Of a stretch of DNA of 64,000 bases, positions 12,989 through 26,678 are shown in pieces. The position numbers were made by a program, and so were the translations under genes. Source of the stretch: Vicugna vicugna (Eukaryota); the NCBI GenBank assembly GCA_013265495.1, contig MU058824.1, positions 1,054,001 to 1,118,000 of the forward strand, written 5' to 3'. How positions within the stretch are numbered: the first letter of the stretch is position 1; each line of letters begins with the position of its first letter. The notes beneath the pieces were generated by a model. The model had not been told where the DNA came from and did not search any database. It worked only from the letters and a program-made list of their open reading frames with translations.

Positions 12989-14382
12989 GGGATAGGCTAA
13001 AATGTTCATTCCTTTTCCCCTTGAATCTTTCTGGTCTATGCTAGTCTAGTTTTGGCAACATTGACTGTTTCCTCTGTGATCTCCTTTCTCTCTCTCCCTC
13101 TCTCTAGTTCCCTTGGTTTTTTCCTCTTAAATTTTCTTCCTCATAAGAGTACGTGGAACATTCTAGGGGGTTTGGCATTCTGTGAATGGAAGTGAATGGA
13201 AGGAGAGGAATGAAGGCAAGTTCTTCCCTACCTAGCCACAGGGTAAATGGATTAGCCTGTGCGGGAGACACACATCACTGGCACTCACATTCCATGGCCT
13301 GCCTCTAAGCCACATGTCTACCCACAAAGGGGACTGGGAATGTAGTCCCTGAGCAGCCAGCCTCTCCTTAGTGACCACCCTGGGAGCCCTGCAAAGGAAA
13401 CACTTATCCTCAGGGGGCAGTCAGTCATCTCTGCCAGACACCAAGTGTTTCAGACACCGAGCTCTTCTCAAATGCTCAACGTCCTACATAGACACATGCG
13501 GGCCTTTTCGTATATACGCCTGCTTCTCTGTTTTGGCAAACCCACAGTCTGTGCCTGACCCTGCCCAGACGTGGAGCGTGAGGATGAGTGGACTTGTCCT
13601 TAAACACGGCTCTCATATGACCTTGTGTTTGGCCCTGGCTGCCTGACCTCGACCACTGCCTCCACCTCACCTGGGTACCTGCCCTGGCATCTCCCTCAGC
13701 CCTACCATTTCACAAATGCTGTCCCCTTCAATACAACCTATTGTTCTCTCTATTTTTAAAGACCTGTACTCTGCCCACCTTGGAGGGTAAGGCCTGTAAA
13801 GCTCTAGGAAGCACAGTCTGGAGGCAGAAAACTGAGCTCTGAGACTGAGTAGCTACATCTAGAGGACACATTTTGAGTTCCCTATGGTAACAACAAAAGG
13901 GGGAGCCCTTGAGCTCTGAAACTGGGAAAGCTGCCCAGGCCCCTCTGCCCTCACCACAGAACCTCCCTAAACATACCATTTAAATATACGGAACGAAAAA
14001 TAAGAATGCGGGACTTCTGCTTCCAGCCAAAATGGAGTAACCTATTTACCTTCCTGTAAGAAACAACAACCAAAACAAACAAACAAAAGATGTATTTCTC
14101 ACTCACATGACATGGCTATCAAAGATCGACTGCAGATCTATCTTCACTCAAACCCAGGCTAATGAAGCAAACTGTATATAGAACATTGTCAGTCTTGTGG
14201 TCGAGAAAAAAAGAAAGAGTATGGCAAATCACATGCTGGCTCTTAAAGATTCTGTGTGGCGTATGTATGTCATTTCCTTAGTAAGCTAGACCAAGTCACA
14301 TACCCACCCCTAAAGTGAGTGGTGTGAGGAAGTATAACTTTCCCCCAAAGAGGGGCAATCAATATTTTGGAACAAATAGCTT

Positions 14383-14603
14383 AGGAACTGACAAACTTTT
14401 TCTATAAAGAGTCAGATAGTAAGTATTTTAAGCTTTGCAGACCATACAGTCTCTGTCACAAGGACTCAGCTCTACTGTTGTAGCAGGAAAGCAGCTATAG
14501 ACAATATATAAATGAATGTGCATGGCTATGTTCCAATAGAACTTTATTTAAAAAAATAAAAAGTGGCTACATTTGGGTCACAGGCTATAGTTCGTCTACC
14601 CTA
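14383..14603 (-). mobile_element. MER58A-like DNA transposon
   Basis: CAAACTTTTTCTATAAAGAGTCAGATAGTAAGTATTTT...GTTCCAATAGAACTTTATTT; reverse-complement counterpart of the copy at 6483. Confidence 0.85.
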
Positions 14604-14659
14604 TCTAAAGCATCATATTTGCCACTACTAAGTTGAGAAGAAACAGAAAACCCAGTTCA

Positions 14660-15590
14660 TTTTGTAACAAAATAAGAACTTGAATTAATAGTTTTTCAAT
14701 TTTCCCACAAAGAAATTGTGGATCACAGATGGTTCTCCAGGTGGATCTAAACTTTCATAGAACAGATAATTCCAACTATATATAAATTCTTCCAGACAGT
14801 AAATAAAGATGAAACTCCTCAACTTAGTTTATGAAGCTAATATGGTCTAAGTAATAAACTAGACAGGGATATTATGAGGGAAAGATTTACAGCCCACCCC
14901 CCCACCTCAAACATGTGCACAAATACAAGAATTTTTAAAATCGATGCATAGACAGCAGACAGTTGGATAGCAAACTTAATAAAGCAATGTATAAAAAGAA
15001 ATACATCATGACCAAATAGAAGATGGTCCTCTAGCTTATCTTTTCCTTAAAAAGATGCAATACTTTAATACTAGGAAATCTATTCATGTAATTAACTAAA
15101 CTGGGAATTTAAATGGAGAAAATTATATGATCATATCAATAGAGGCAGAGAAACAATGAACTGAGTCATGAATGGGCATTGGGAAAAACACTTTGGGCAA
15201 ACTAGTACTAGGAGGGAAGTTCCTTAACCTGATAAAAATGTAACTACCAAAAATCTACTACAAATATCATAGCTAAAAATGCAAACCTTGCAATCTCTTT
15301 TAAATCAGAAAAAGAACAAGAAAATAATCCCCACTTGAACTCCTGTTGAACATTAAACGAAAAATAGAAGTTTAGGGATAGAAAGAAACAAAACTGTCGC
15401 TATTCCGCATGAGTTTATTATCTTCAAAGAAAATCCAAGAGAATTTACAAAGCATTCATTATAGAAATATACAACAAAACACTAGCAGATAAAATGAATG
15501 AACTAGGTCTATGATATTAATATGGATAAATCTCATCCGTGTTAGATGAAAATCAGAAGCCAATTGAAAAAGAATACAAGCAGTATGGTA
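14660..15590 (+). mobile_element. Highly degraded L1ME-type ORF2 remnant
   Basis: A-rich, with L1 ORF2-like words (TATGATCATATCAATAG, TTCCTTAACCTGATAAA). L1 3'UTR-like sequence resumes after the LTR at about 16380-16690. Confidence 0.65.
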
Positions 15591-15591
15591 C

Positions 15592-16376
15592 TGTTACCAA
15601 ATTAGACCCGAGACCCCCCCGCTTGGTGCCCCTTCTGAACCAAAGCCGCCCCCCCCACCAATGACGGTCAGGGAATTCTTCCCTGTTCAGGTTCTGCTGC
15701 CAATAAGGAAACTGAGTTTTGCGCAAGGAAGAGAGGCTTTTACTCAATGGCCAGAGAATAGAGAAGGGTGAGCTCAGGGTGTGAAAGCACCTTCCGCACG
15801 AAGAGGGGGAGTTAGGGAAGGCTAAGGGTTAAGAGGCAGGTAGGTCACGGGGCTCTGGGAAAGGGGTGGAGACTTCTGGAAGCAGCCCGCGCATGCGCAT
15901 GCTCCCAGGCTCCTTTGCGCGAAGCACGAATTGTGCCTAGCGAGCCCAGATCCCGCCATTGGGCGGAGAGCTTAGTCAACGGAAGCAAGGGTAACTCCGG
16001 GAGCGTTCCAGGTTTCATCTGCTCAGGTGCCTTCCTGTGCAGGCAGAGCTGGTTCCAGCTGGCTGGCTGCGTATCTCTCAAAGTACAGCTGCGAGATGTC
16101 TTTGCCTAACACCAGGTACTTTTGAAGCAAATACAGAAGTAAATAAGGGTAAGTGTCCTTTAGCACTCAGGGGTTGGTACAGAAACTCAGGTAAATAAAT
16201 CCAGGCAAGGAAAGCGGTGACCTTTAGTCTATTTCCCCGCCATCTTGGTTCTAGCCGGTTCAGTCTGGTTTTGTTGGGCCTTGTGGCGTCTTATTGGTAA
16301 AACACAGCTAGCCTGTTCAGTTTTTTTAAAAAAAAGTTCCTGCACCTGGGGCATCGGCTGCATAGCGTGGGAGACA
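15592..16376 (-). mobile_element. Young-looking ERV1-type solo LTR (about 785 bp)
   Basis: TG...CA ends (TGTTACC...GGAGACA), near-match 4-bp TSD GTAC/ATAC, CpG retention contrasting with the surrounding AT-rich L1, and AGTAAA polyA-like signal on minus at 15739-15744. Confidence 0.7.
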
Positions 16377-17199
16377 ATACTGCTTAGAAAGTGTTTTAAA
16401 TACGCAAGATAATACTATATATTGGTGTTCACACACTTAAAAGCATAGTAATATCTAGCCCCGAGAAGCTGCTTACTTAGTTTAGAGTTACCTCTGGAGA
16501 GAGCGGGAGGAAGTGGGGGCGAGGGGTGGAGCAGTTGGGTTTCAACTTTATCTGTAGTTTTATTTTCTTTCTGAAAGAATCTAAGGTAAATGTTAACATT
16601 TCTTCCATCTAGTGATGGGTATGTTTGTGCTTATGATGTTTTTGTTTATAATTTTCTGTAAACTTGAAATCTTTCCTAATTGAAATTATTTCTAATGGAA
16701 AAGAGAAGGAGCTGTGATCAAAACTTTCTTCTCTTTGAGTTGACTCTGGCTGCACCTGTAAGCCTAGGAAGGACACCCTGCCCACCCTGGTGTCCCCAGG
16801 ACAGAGGCTAACCTTTCATGACCTGGGAGTTAAGAGTAACACAGTCCTCTGAGCCCTCCCAGAGCTACTCGGCTCTGCAGGCTCCATGGGAGGACAGGCC
16901 TGTGTGGACCAGGGTCATTGTTAGTAACAGAGGCAGTCCATTCCATATTGGTCTCTGTTACCCTACCCCACAAATTTGATCTCCCGTTTCCCACATTGTG
17001 TCGGCTGAGGCTCAGTTTGAAATTCCCTTCCATGAAATGGATGTCATAAGAAACATAAGACAATAGAATTGTTTATCCTTGGGATGAATTATAAGCATAT
17101 GCCATCATGGGGGCAATCACAACCTCTTAATTCTTCCATATGAAAGCCAAGAAGGGTCATAATTTGGGGGGAAATCACCATCTCCTCTGGCTCCTACAG

Positions 17200-17560
17200 T
17201 GGCTCAAGACTTCAACTGTTAATGCTGGGTGGCATTCACCAAGTCTCAAAATACAGTGAGTTCAAGCCTAGGGGCAGGGAAAGTACAAGAAAAATGTGGA
17301 ACAGCTTTTTGTACCAAGTAGGGGTATGCTCAAAGAATAATGAGAACATGTCAAAAGGAAGCAGGAGCCAGAATGAAGGGGTTCCCACTGAACAAATCCA
17401 GTATAGTCTGGTCATCGAAACCGATGGAATAAAACAAAAACCCATTCATTGAATGACGTAAAAATCCATGAGACCGTAGTAATGTAAATTAATAAATGAA
17501 TACACAAATAAATGGAGGGGAGAGGAAGGTCCTTATTTGTAGTAGAATGACAGTATAGAT
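17200..17560 (+). mobile_element. L1MC-type 3'UTR fragment
   Basis: Resembles 56450-56670 of the L1MC copy (GAGCCAGAATGAAGGGGTTCCCACTG, AATCCATGAG). Confidence 0.55.
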
Positions 17561-18534
17561 GGAATGAAAAAACTTAACATGTGTGGGTTTTGAATATAAA
17601 GGAAAAAGAAAGCGTTGAAAGCAGGAAAGACAAATGGTAAGAAGGACCTGGTTGGCATGCTGATTGAAAAACAGAGCATATGCCCTACTATGGGAAGAAA
17701 GAAACCACTGCTTCCCTATCTCCGCCTCTCTGAGAAAGTTTTCTTACTGACTGCTGAGTCATTAGTGTTCTCACGTGCTCCCCCTCCCAGTGACTAGCAC
17801 CACTGCACCTCAGTTGAAACATGTAATTGGTGGATGGACCTCCACTTTGGGGAACGAAGGCAAAGTGGAATATCGTGTTATTTAATGTTATATTAATGCG
17901 GAGTTCATACTACCTAGACTGAGAAATGGAAACTGGCTTTGTGCCTTTTCTTGCTGTATGACCTTGAAATTCCCACATTCTTTATGCTCCAGGTATCTCC
18001 TGTTTACTACAGGGATTCAAATGATGACTCTACTTCACTGGGTGGTGATTAGGATCTAATTATTCACCATGTGGGCTTGTAAACCGCTGGGCCGACACAC
18101 ACGTAGGGTATCACAGAATAAAGAACTTACTAAGAAAGGGCTGGGGAGGGGCAGCGTGGTCCATCTGCTGGAGACAGGCCAAGGTCTAAATCATTATTTT
18201 TAAAACTTGAATAACGTACTAAACCCTTTTTTAAAAAAGTCTCAGACTGCAGGCAGTGACTTCAATGACACTAATTATAATGTTTCTTATACATGAAGAA
18301 ACATAGAACCAGGTTTTGATTTCTTGTGCCTCTTATGTAATTTATAGTGAGAGCATCTTTTAAAGCAGCATGTGAATAATGGCATTTAGGAGCAGTGAGC
18401 CAGGATGTTGTGGATTGAAGGCCTGAGATAAAGAGTGAAAGTGGAAGAGCAAGCCATGGAAAAAGTGCGAACCTCATCCTTGTTTTCCTTTCTCCCGTGG
18501 AGAATATATCTAGCTGTATTAATATCAACATCAC

Positions 18535-18922
18535 TGCTAAGGGCTGAATTGTGCCTTCCTCAAAATTCAAATGTTGAAGTCCTAACCCCCAGTACCCGAG
18601 ACCGTGAACATATTTGGAAACAGGGCCTTCAAACTGGTGATTAGGTACAATGTGGCCATTAAGGTGGGCCCTATTCCAATCTGGCTGGGTTCTTTAAAGA
18701 AGAAATTAGGACGCAGAGAAGCACAGCAGGAAGACAGAAGACATATGGACGACCATGTAAGGAAACAGGAAGAAGGCAGCCCTTTGCAAGCCAGAGACAC
18801 TTCAGAGGAAACCAGACCTACCCACACCTTGATCTTGGACTTCCAGCCTCCAGAACTATGAGAAACAAATACATTGCCCCCAGTCTGTGGCCCTCTTTTA
18901 TTTGCCTAAGCCAACTAATGCA
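18535..18922 (+). mobile_element. MLT1 (A/B/C-like) MaLR solo LTR
   Basis: GGGCTGAATTGTG...CAAAATTCAAATGTTGAAGTCCTAACCCCCAGTACC...CACCTTGATCTTGGACTTCCAGCCTCCAGAACT. Confidence 0.88.
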
Positions 18923-19239
18923 GTTTACATTAAGTTCATGATTTTTGTTTTTTTTTAAAAAGCTACTTTGTGCTTTGCTTCTTCAAAAAGAATACTATGT
19001 CAGGGCAGAAGATACTGTAAATATTTATGATTTGCATATGTAAATATTTATGGGATTAATTTTCTCTGGACACAGGGTGGTGGTCAGGGGACTGGCAGCA
19101 GGGGTGAGGGTGTTTAGCTCTCTATCCTGTGACGAATGTCTGATGGCTACAAGGCTTGGGCACCAGTGCAGGCCGAACAGTGCTGATTACATTGAACAGG
19201 TTCCTCTCAGGGGTGGGCCTTGCCATACTGAGGTATATT

Positions 19240-20080
19240 CTTATAATCCAATACCCTATAGCCATTAAAATGAACAAACCACAGCCACATGGCATAACAT
19301 GGCTAATCTCTCAAACATAATGGTTAAAAGAAAAATACAAGTCACAGAAGAAGACAAACAGTATGATTTCATTCATATAAAATTGACAAACAATAAATTG
19401 GCTCAACTCTACCAAATTGGGATGGATACATAGGTCATAAAACCAGAAAGACAAGCAAGAAAATGATTCTCCCAAAAGTGAGAACAGTGATGACCTGGAA
19501 TGGGGAGGGAAGAAGTAGATGTCAGGAAGGGAACATAGGAAATAACAGGGTGCTTGTAAGATTCATTTCTCACCCACAGCGGTTTGCTTTATAATTATGC
19601 ATTGAAATATGCAAATTTTTTCTTTGTATAGATCACATTAAAAAAAACAGGAGGAAAGCTGAGGCAAACATGACTAATTAACTGTTCTCAATCCTGGTGG
19701 ATCTATATCATTAATTATACTTCTCTGTAAGTTGTGGGGTTTTTTTTTCCAAATTATTGTGCTGAGTGAATGAAGCCAAGCAAAAAAGAATACATACATT
19801 GTACGTGTTTCTATGAAATTTTATATTCCATTTGTATAAAGTTAGAGAAAATGCAAAGGAATCTAGAGTGGCAGAAAGCAGATCAGTGATTCCTGGCAGA
19901 GAGGGGGTGGTGGGGATGGGCAGGAGGGAGGGGCAGGAGGAAATTTGGGAGGCTGATGGATATGTTCATTATGGATATGTTGATAGTAGTGATGGATTTA
20001 TGGGTATATTCTTATATCAGATTATATACACTTGGAATATGGACAGTTTATTGTATGTCAATTATACTTCAATAAAGCAG
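19240..20080 (+). mobile_element. Old L1ME 3'-end fragments
   Basis: GTATGATTTCATTCATATAAAATT, GGCAGAAAGCAGATCAGTG, TGTCAATTATACTTCAATAAAG. Confidence 0.65.
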
Positions 20081-20807
20081 GTGTTTTTAAACCTTCCATG
20101 TGCCTTTTCATATGGTTCACATAGTCTTCAATATACATATACTGCATAAAAATGAGGGAGATATTTTTTAATTCAAGAAACCTGAGTAAAGAACTTTGAT
20201 GCTGTCTCCCAGATAGTTGTGTGTGTGTTTGGGTCAGTCGGGATTCAATTATGTCAATATATTTTTGTTCTGTCTTTGATAGAAAAGAGGCCTCCACTCC
20301 CTCTCTCCCAGATCCCCTTCACCCCTCCCCTTTCCTGTCCCCTCCTCCCTCATTCCTTCTCTCCTTTTCTCTTTGGCTCTCACTCTTGCTTTCTTTCAGA
20401 AAACCCTTTTCTTCAGCTGAGCATGCAGCTTTAAAGGACATGACAACACTCATAATAATGATAAACAGTCATTTCTGTCACTGAATAGCATTTTATAGTT
20501 TATAGCATGCTTTCTCATCTCTGTCTTTTGATTCTCACAACAATCCTAGGGTGTAGCAATAGGAAAATAAAAGGCAACTGTAACCGCTTTGCCCTTCTAA
20601 GGAGGGTGGTAAATTTCACCTCTATGAGCAAATAAATCTCTTTGCTGCCCCGTCCACTCTCAGAGACTGACAGGGAAGACAGCAGATGAAAGATCAGCCA
20701 TTTCTTTTACTCTAGCTCTCTCGCTTCAGCCATCTGATAGCCCCTGAACTTGAACAGAATAATGAGTCGTTGGCTATGCAAAGATAGGTCCAGAGCTGAG
20801 TTGGGGG

Positions 20808-21335
20808 TTGTGGCAGACATTCTGGTTGCCTACCCCAAGTTTACTCTTGTCTTCTTACTTACAGAAGTCCCTGATTCTGCTGGAGGTGGCAATGTGCTGG
20901 CTGAAAAATTAGATTTCCCAGCCTCCCCTCCAGAGAAAAAATGGTCATGTGACTAACTTCTGTCCAATTGAATGAAGGAATAACTTGTTGTATAGGACTT
21001 CTGGAAATGCTCCCTGAAAAGGGGACTGCCTCAGTTGGTAGGCCCCTTATTGACCTTCCCTCTTCCCCTATCTGAAACGTGGATGTAATGACTTGTGCTG
21101 CAGCAGCCGCTTTGCAGGCGTAAGGTAATCTTGTTTGAGGACAGTAGGCTTATGCTAAGGATAGCAAAATGGAAAGACAAGTGGAGGTTAGGACATTGAT
21201 GAGACTGTAACTCTACCATACCAGCCCTAGAATGTATACTTCTAGACTTCTTTTACATGAGAGAAAAATCATAAACCTTATTTAAGGCATTGTTTTACAG
21301 GTGTCTGTTGCAACAAAACAGAGTCCTAAGTGAAA
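20808..21335 (+). mobile_element. Ancient ERVL LTR (LTR33/LTR16-like)
   Basis: TGTGGCAGAC...TTTCCCAGCCTCCC...CATGTGACTAACTTCTGTCCAAT...GCTGCAGCAGCC. Confidence 0.65.
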
Positions 21336-24300
21336 GAGAATTGATAAGTTATTCTGTGCTTTGAAGTGAGGGACAGGGAATTTCTAAGATGTACCCTACA
21401 GAAGGGTATTCTAAAAAGGAGAAACAAGCAACATGGTGATGCAAACCTCTGTTTCCTCAAGTCTTCTGTAAAGAAGAAATATGCATGTATGTAGATGCCA
21501 TGTGTGTTTGTAAGGGGAGGTTAAGGAGAGGGTCATGGTTCCTCATCCATGGATGTGAGGCATCTGTGAGAGAGCAAGTTGATCCTTCAACCAGGCTAAT
21601 TCCAAATAAACAGGATCTCAGAGCTAGAGGATGAGGAAGCGTTAACACTTCCCTTTTCTGCCAGAGAGACTGCTAAAGAAGCTTATCTCGCGACATGTGG
21701 CACGAGTTTTGAACTGGTACCATTTGCAGCCCGTAAGATAGGTCATGCAGTTAGCATGAAGGTTACAGAAGAAGTGACTCTGTTTTACAAATGAGAAAAC
21801 TGAGGGTTTGAAATCCGCTGTTCCAATTCAAAGTTTGTCTGTTTCATATTATAGCAGTACACCTGGGATTCGAGAGGAGCAGCAAGAGAGGCAAGAGAGT
21901 GGTCACCTAAGCATCAGATGGGCCATGTGTGTCCCGGTGGCCAGTCACGACAAATGTCACAGCCAGGGTCCCTTATCACGAACGAATGGATATGCGCCTG
22001 TTTAGGTACGTACATGAAAGCCAGATACATATATTAAGGGGTTCTCATTATGGTAGGAAGAATATCCCACTTGAATTTTTAAATCTAGGCTTGAATCCCA
22101 GCCTTGCGCTTACTACCAATGTGATTTTGAGAAAAACCTTTAACCTCCCTGGGCCTCAAATTTTTCATCTGTAACAGAAAGCATTGGTCAAATTAAGTTC
22201 TAAGGCCCAATCCAAACCTTCTAGGACTCTAAGGTAAGAGTAAATCTATTAAGTGCTAAATAAGAATAAATTCAACTATACAAATATATATGTCCTAGTG
22301 ATGAGAATCCATCATTATTTCACAAATCACAGTTCTTAGGAGAACAGCATGGATCTCCAGTTAGATGAGCCATGAATGCCCAGTACAGTTCCTATACTGT
22401 CCCATCCTTAATCCTTCCCTTACTGTCTTGATACAGACTATAGTCACATTTCTAGCTCCTTACACCTAGGTGCATAGGTACGTTTACATTAGGAAATCTA
22501 CTTTAAACCTTGAAGATCATTTCCTTTAAATAAAAATTAAGTAGGCATGATGGGAATTTTAAGAACATTCTGCTCTTGTCCCAGTAGTACAAGAATATAT
22601 GACATGAAGCTGGTAACATCAGCAGGGCCATGGGAGGACTTTATTAGACAAATGGGGTAGTTTATTAAACACCCAGGGCCTTCTCATAGATGCAGCCCAG
22701 CGGCCCCGGAGTAATGGGGCTGGAGCCCCTTGTGAGCTGTAAGCTCTTTATCCCGGCATTTAATGAGCATAAGTAACCAGGGATGGATGGCATCATTTAT
22801 GAGTCCTCATGAACCCAGGAAAAGGGTGATTTAAAATGTTTCTTTGGGATCTTTGAGGCTTTGTCTATAAAACATGCCTGAACTAGCTGGGCTCTTTCTT
22901 ATCCTCAGGACCTTATCTTCAGCTGGACTGGACCCCCAGGAACAGGGTAAATGGAGAGGCTACAGCCTGGAACCTTCACCTGTGAGTACGTCATTGCATT
23001 ATTTGCTGAATTATCCTTCAAATGATCATTTGCGTCCTGTTTTCTGGCAGCCTACATTATTGTAGTTGAATAGAGAACGGCTTCCTGTTTTCCTGCAACT
23101 GTAAAGTGGTTTAAACACATCACCCCGATAAACAGAGCTCCCAACTGACATCCATAGAGTGCCCCAAAGAAGGCAGGAATTCCCCAAGAGCAGTGAGCCC
23201 CTCATCCCAGGAGGTATCCAAGCAGAGTCAGGGACCAGATAGAAGATTTCATAATCAAATGGGCAATGGGGGACAAGAGGGCTAAAGGACTTCGATTTTC
23301 TTTTAAGTCCTATAAGTTGGGGATTCTGTGACATATAGGACCAAGCACGACTCAGTGTGAGTAATACTACCTGTTGTTTAAGGCTTATTACGTGCCAGGC
23401 ACTGTGCTGAATACTTCTCTTGAGTTTTTTCATTTAACTGACATAAAATAAAAGTCAGCCCTGTGACCCTTTCACATGGTGCTCTATCTGAATATGTGCA
23501 AACGAGTGAACTGAGGCTCAAAGGCATCAGAGGAATAAGAGCATGGCTCCTTGGTGCCAGGCAGGGTCTCAGGCCCTGGTCTGAGGCCCCCAGAGCCTAT
23601 ACTTCCTACCTCTCAGGGGTGCTTCATGCACACAGGGGTGGGGGATGCAGCCGCTGGCTCATACCTGGAATCGTCCCTTCTCCTCTGGCAACCTTTTCTC
23701 AAGGGTCTGCACGCAAAGCCAGAGGAGAGTCTGGGGTGATGGAACTGGGGAAAACAGGAGTTTTAGGCTGGAAGGTCAAACTGCTGTACTGAGAACATGA
23801 GAAAGGTGCACAGAGGGTAGAACACTGAAACTTTGCTTTCCTAAGAGGGGCGTTCCAGGAAATGGGGAGTCTGGCCGGCAGTGCTTCTGTCCCTTTGAGC
23901 CACAGCCTTTATTCCTCTGAGAGATCTTAGCTGAATGGGATGCTTGTGGCTGGAGCTGTCCTCTTTCCCCTCTCCTCACCGTTTCAAACCCCTCCTGGCA
24001 GAGAACCATCATCTCTGATGCCTGAGCTGCTGCCCCTGGAGCCCCACAACCTGTTCATGAGTCGTGAACCCGCTTGAGTCACCTGGAGTTCTCTGGCTAC
24101 TCCCAGGCCCTGAGATTAGAGTCAGCAGAAGGTAGGAGAAAAAGTTCTCTCTTGGTTTCTCTGTCTCTGTCTCTGTCTCTCTTTCAAAAGGCAGCCCCCA
24201 GCGGTGTTTGTTCTCAGAGGAACCCTGGGAAGAAGGATGGTCACTTTCCTTTCTCCCAGAGATAATTGAAGAGAAGTAAGAAAGTACCTGTGTTTGAAGA

Positions 24301-24731
24301 CAAAATGACGACAATTAATCTCTAAGCACAGGGCCTCGCCGTTAAATTCTTTGGAGAAACAACTTTAGGAGTTTAACGACAATCAAGAGAATGAAATTGA
24401 ATTAAGAGAAATAGTAATTAAATCAGGAAAGAAGTTTTTGCAAAGGGGATGGTGCAGGAAATTAAAACCAGTAATGCTGAAAAATGTAGTGGGCAGAGAT
24501 TGGGGGCAGGGTCGCTTGGTGGAGAAGAGGAAAGAACAGACAGAGCAAGGTGGGTTGGGAGGTGCAGAGTGTTTGGCACTAAGCAAAGGTCTCTGGAAAT
24601 TGGTCTCCTTGAGAGATCAGATGTCTGGCTCTTTGGGTCTAAATAGGCCACCTCCTAATGGCGACAAGCTCTCCCTCAGGAAAATACAAGTATCCAGTCA
24701 GAGAAAGTATAAAAAAGCTGTGGACTTGAAG

Positions 24732-24842
24732 CAGGGTGACCAAGTGTCCAGATTTTCCCAGGACCATCCTGGTTTTAGTACTCAGAGTGCCATGTTCCAG
24801 GAAACCCTCAGCTGAGGGCTAACAGGAATGTTGGTCACCCTA
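24732..24842. mobile_element. MER81-like hAT-Blackjack MITE
   Basis: Terminal inverted repeats AGGGTGACCAA (24733-24743) and TTGGTCACCCT (24831-24841); 8-bp TSD ACTTGAAG/ACATGAAG (7 of 8). Confidence 0.9.
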
Positions 24843-25123
24843 ACATGAAGACAGACAGCCCTGATTCCCAGCTCTGCTGTGCCATCAGGAACCCCATGAC
24901 ACTGGGTGAGTCACTCCATCTCTGGGGCCTCAGTTTTCTCACCTGTGAAATGAGCTGTCCTGAGTACCTCAAAAGATTTAAGAAGTTGTTATGTGTTGAT
25001 GCCTAGAACAATGTGCATGAAGTAAAAGCTTGATAAATGGGAGTTGAACTGAACAATATCAGTAAAGAAAATATATAAAATATCAGCAAACCAACACCAC
25101 ATTAAAAAATAAGACACTGTGAC

Positions 25124-25648
25124 TATTTCAGGGATCCCCAAGACCACCCACATGTTCAGTTCAGATTTTCTGGAATAACTCACAGGACTCAGTATAGTTG
25201 TGTTCACAGCTAAGGTTTATTACAGTGAAAAGATACACAATAGGATCATTGGAGGAAAAAGACACAGTTGAGGTCTGGAGAACTCCATGCGGACTTCCTA
25301 TACTCTTGCCCTCCTGTGAGGGACACATCAAGCATGATCCTTTCTCTAGCAGGAAAGAATGCAACTGTGTGTGCAATGTTTCTGCCCAGGAAGCCCATTT
25401 AAGACTTAGTGCCCAAGGATTTTATTGGCAGTGATTGCACAGGCATTTTCTGCCTGGAAACTACCAAAATTCCAGATTCTCAGAAGGAAAGCTGATTTAT
25501 AGGAGAAATCACATCATCAGTCAGCCTTATCAGTTAGGGAGCAGTTCAAGTGCCAAGTCTGAAGACCACCAGCCAAGCTCCAGCCTTGAAAACAGACCTT
25601 TCTAAAAATAGTATTGTCCAGCCTGCCACATTAACTCTTTTCATCACA
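25124..25648 (-). mobile_element. MER21-like ERVL LTR
   Basis: CCCCAAGACCACCC...ACTCACAGGACTCAG...TTTATTACAGTGAAAAGATACA; right end TTAACTCTTTTCATCACA; 5-bp TSD GTGAC/GTGAT. Confidence 0.78.
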
Positions 25649-26274
25649 GTGATAGAGTGGAACTCATTCTAGGAATGCAAGGATAATATACTTAAGTGAA
25701 AACTTGAATCTGGGTCCCAAGCTGCTGTGTATATCCTCAAATCCCAGCCAGTTTTACCAGATCTTCACTGGTCCAGGCTTTATGGTTATGGTATGAATCT
25801 CTGCTAAACAAGTTCTGGTTGCTACCAAATTCCCTGCCAAGAATTTACTACCAGCCAAAGTCGTCTTCTTGGGCTTGACTGAGAACACTGGGGTTTTCCC
25901 AGTCCACCATGAGATGAACAAGTCTCTGGACTAAACAGTCCAACTAGAAATTGTACTCACCTCGCTCATGAAATAGGCCACATTTTCATTTATACTGGGG
26001 TATAAGTGACCCAGAATGCTCATATTTCCAATTTGGAGCACCACTTTTCTCAAGATTAAGATACCAGAGCAATGAATCAGAGCTTGCTGATGTCTTGCTC
26101 CCCAGGAGAGGTGTTAGAAAAATAGAGAGTCATTCAGGCTAGTGGTGGGGAAGGGTTTTGGGAATTTAGAGATCAAGAGGTTCCATAGCTGCTGCAGATG
26201 CAAAGAACGAGGAAGACAGGAAAGGGGCGTGCGCTGCTGCGTGTTACCAGTTGGCTTCCCCTTTACCACGTTCT

Positions 26275-26678
26275 TGTATCGGTTTGCTAGGGCTGCCGTA
26301 ACAAATGCCACAAATGGGGCAGCCTAAAACAACAGAAACATGTCGCCTCACAATTCTGGAGGCTACAAGTCCAAAGCCGAGGTGCTGGCAGGTTTGGTTC
26401 CTTCTGAAGGCTGTAAGGTAAAGGGCCTGCTCCAGGCCTTGCTCCTTGGCTTGTAGATGGATGTCCTCAAGTTCACATGGTGTTCTCCTTGTATGGCTAT
26501 CTGTGTCCAAACTTCTCTTTTTCAGAAGGATCCAGGTCATACCAGATTAGGGACCATGTCTCAATTTAACTTGAATACCTCTGTAAAGACCCCATCTCCA
26601 AATGGGGCCACATACTGAGGTATTAGAGATTAGGACTTCAGTATATACATTTTGGACCACACAATTCAACCCATAACA
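26275..26678 (-). mobile_element. MLT1 (B/C/D-like) MaLR solo LTR
   Basis: GCTAGGGCTGCCGTAACAAA...TTCTGGAGGCTACAAGTCC...CACAATTCAACCCATAACA. Confidence 0.88.
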
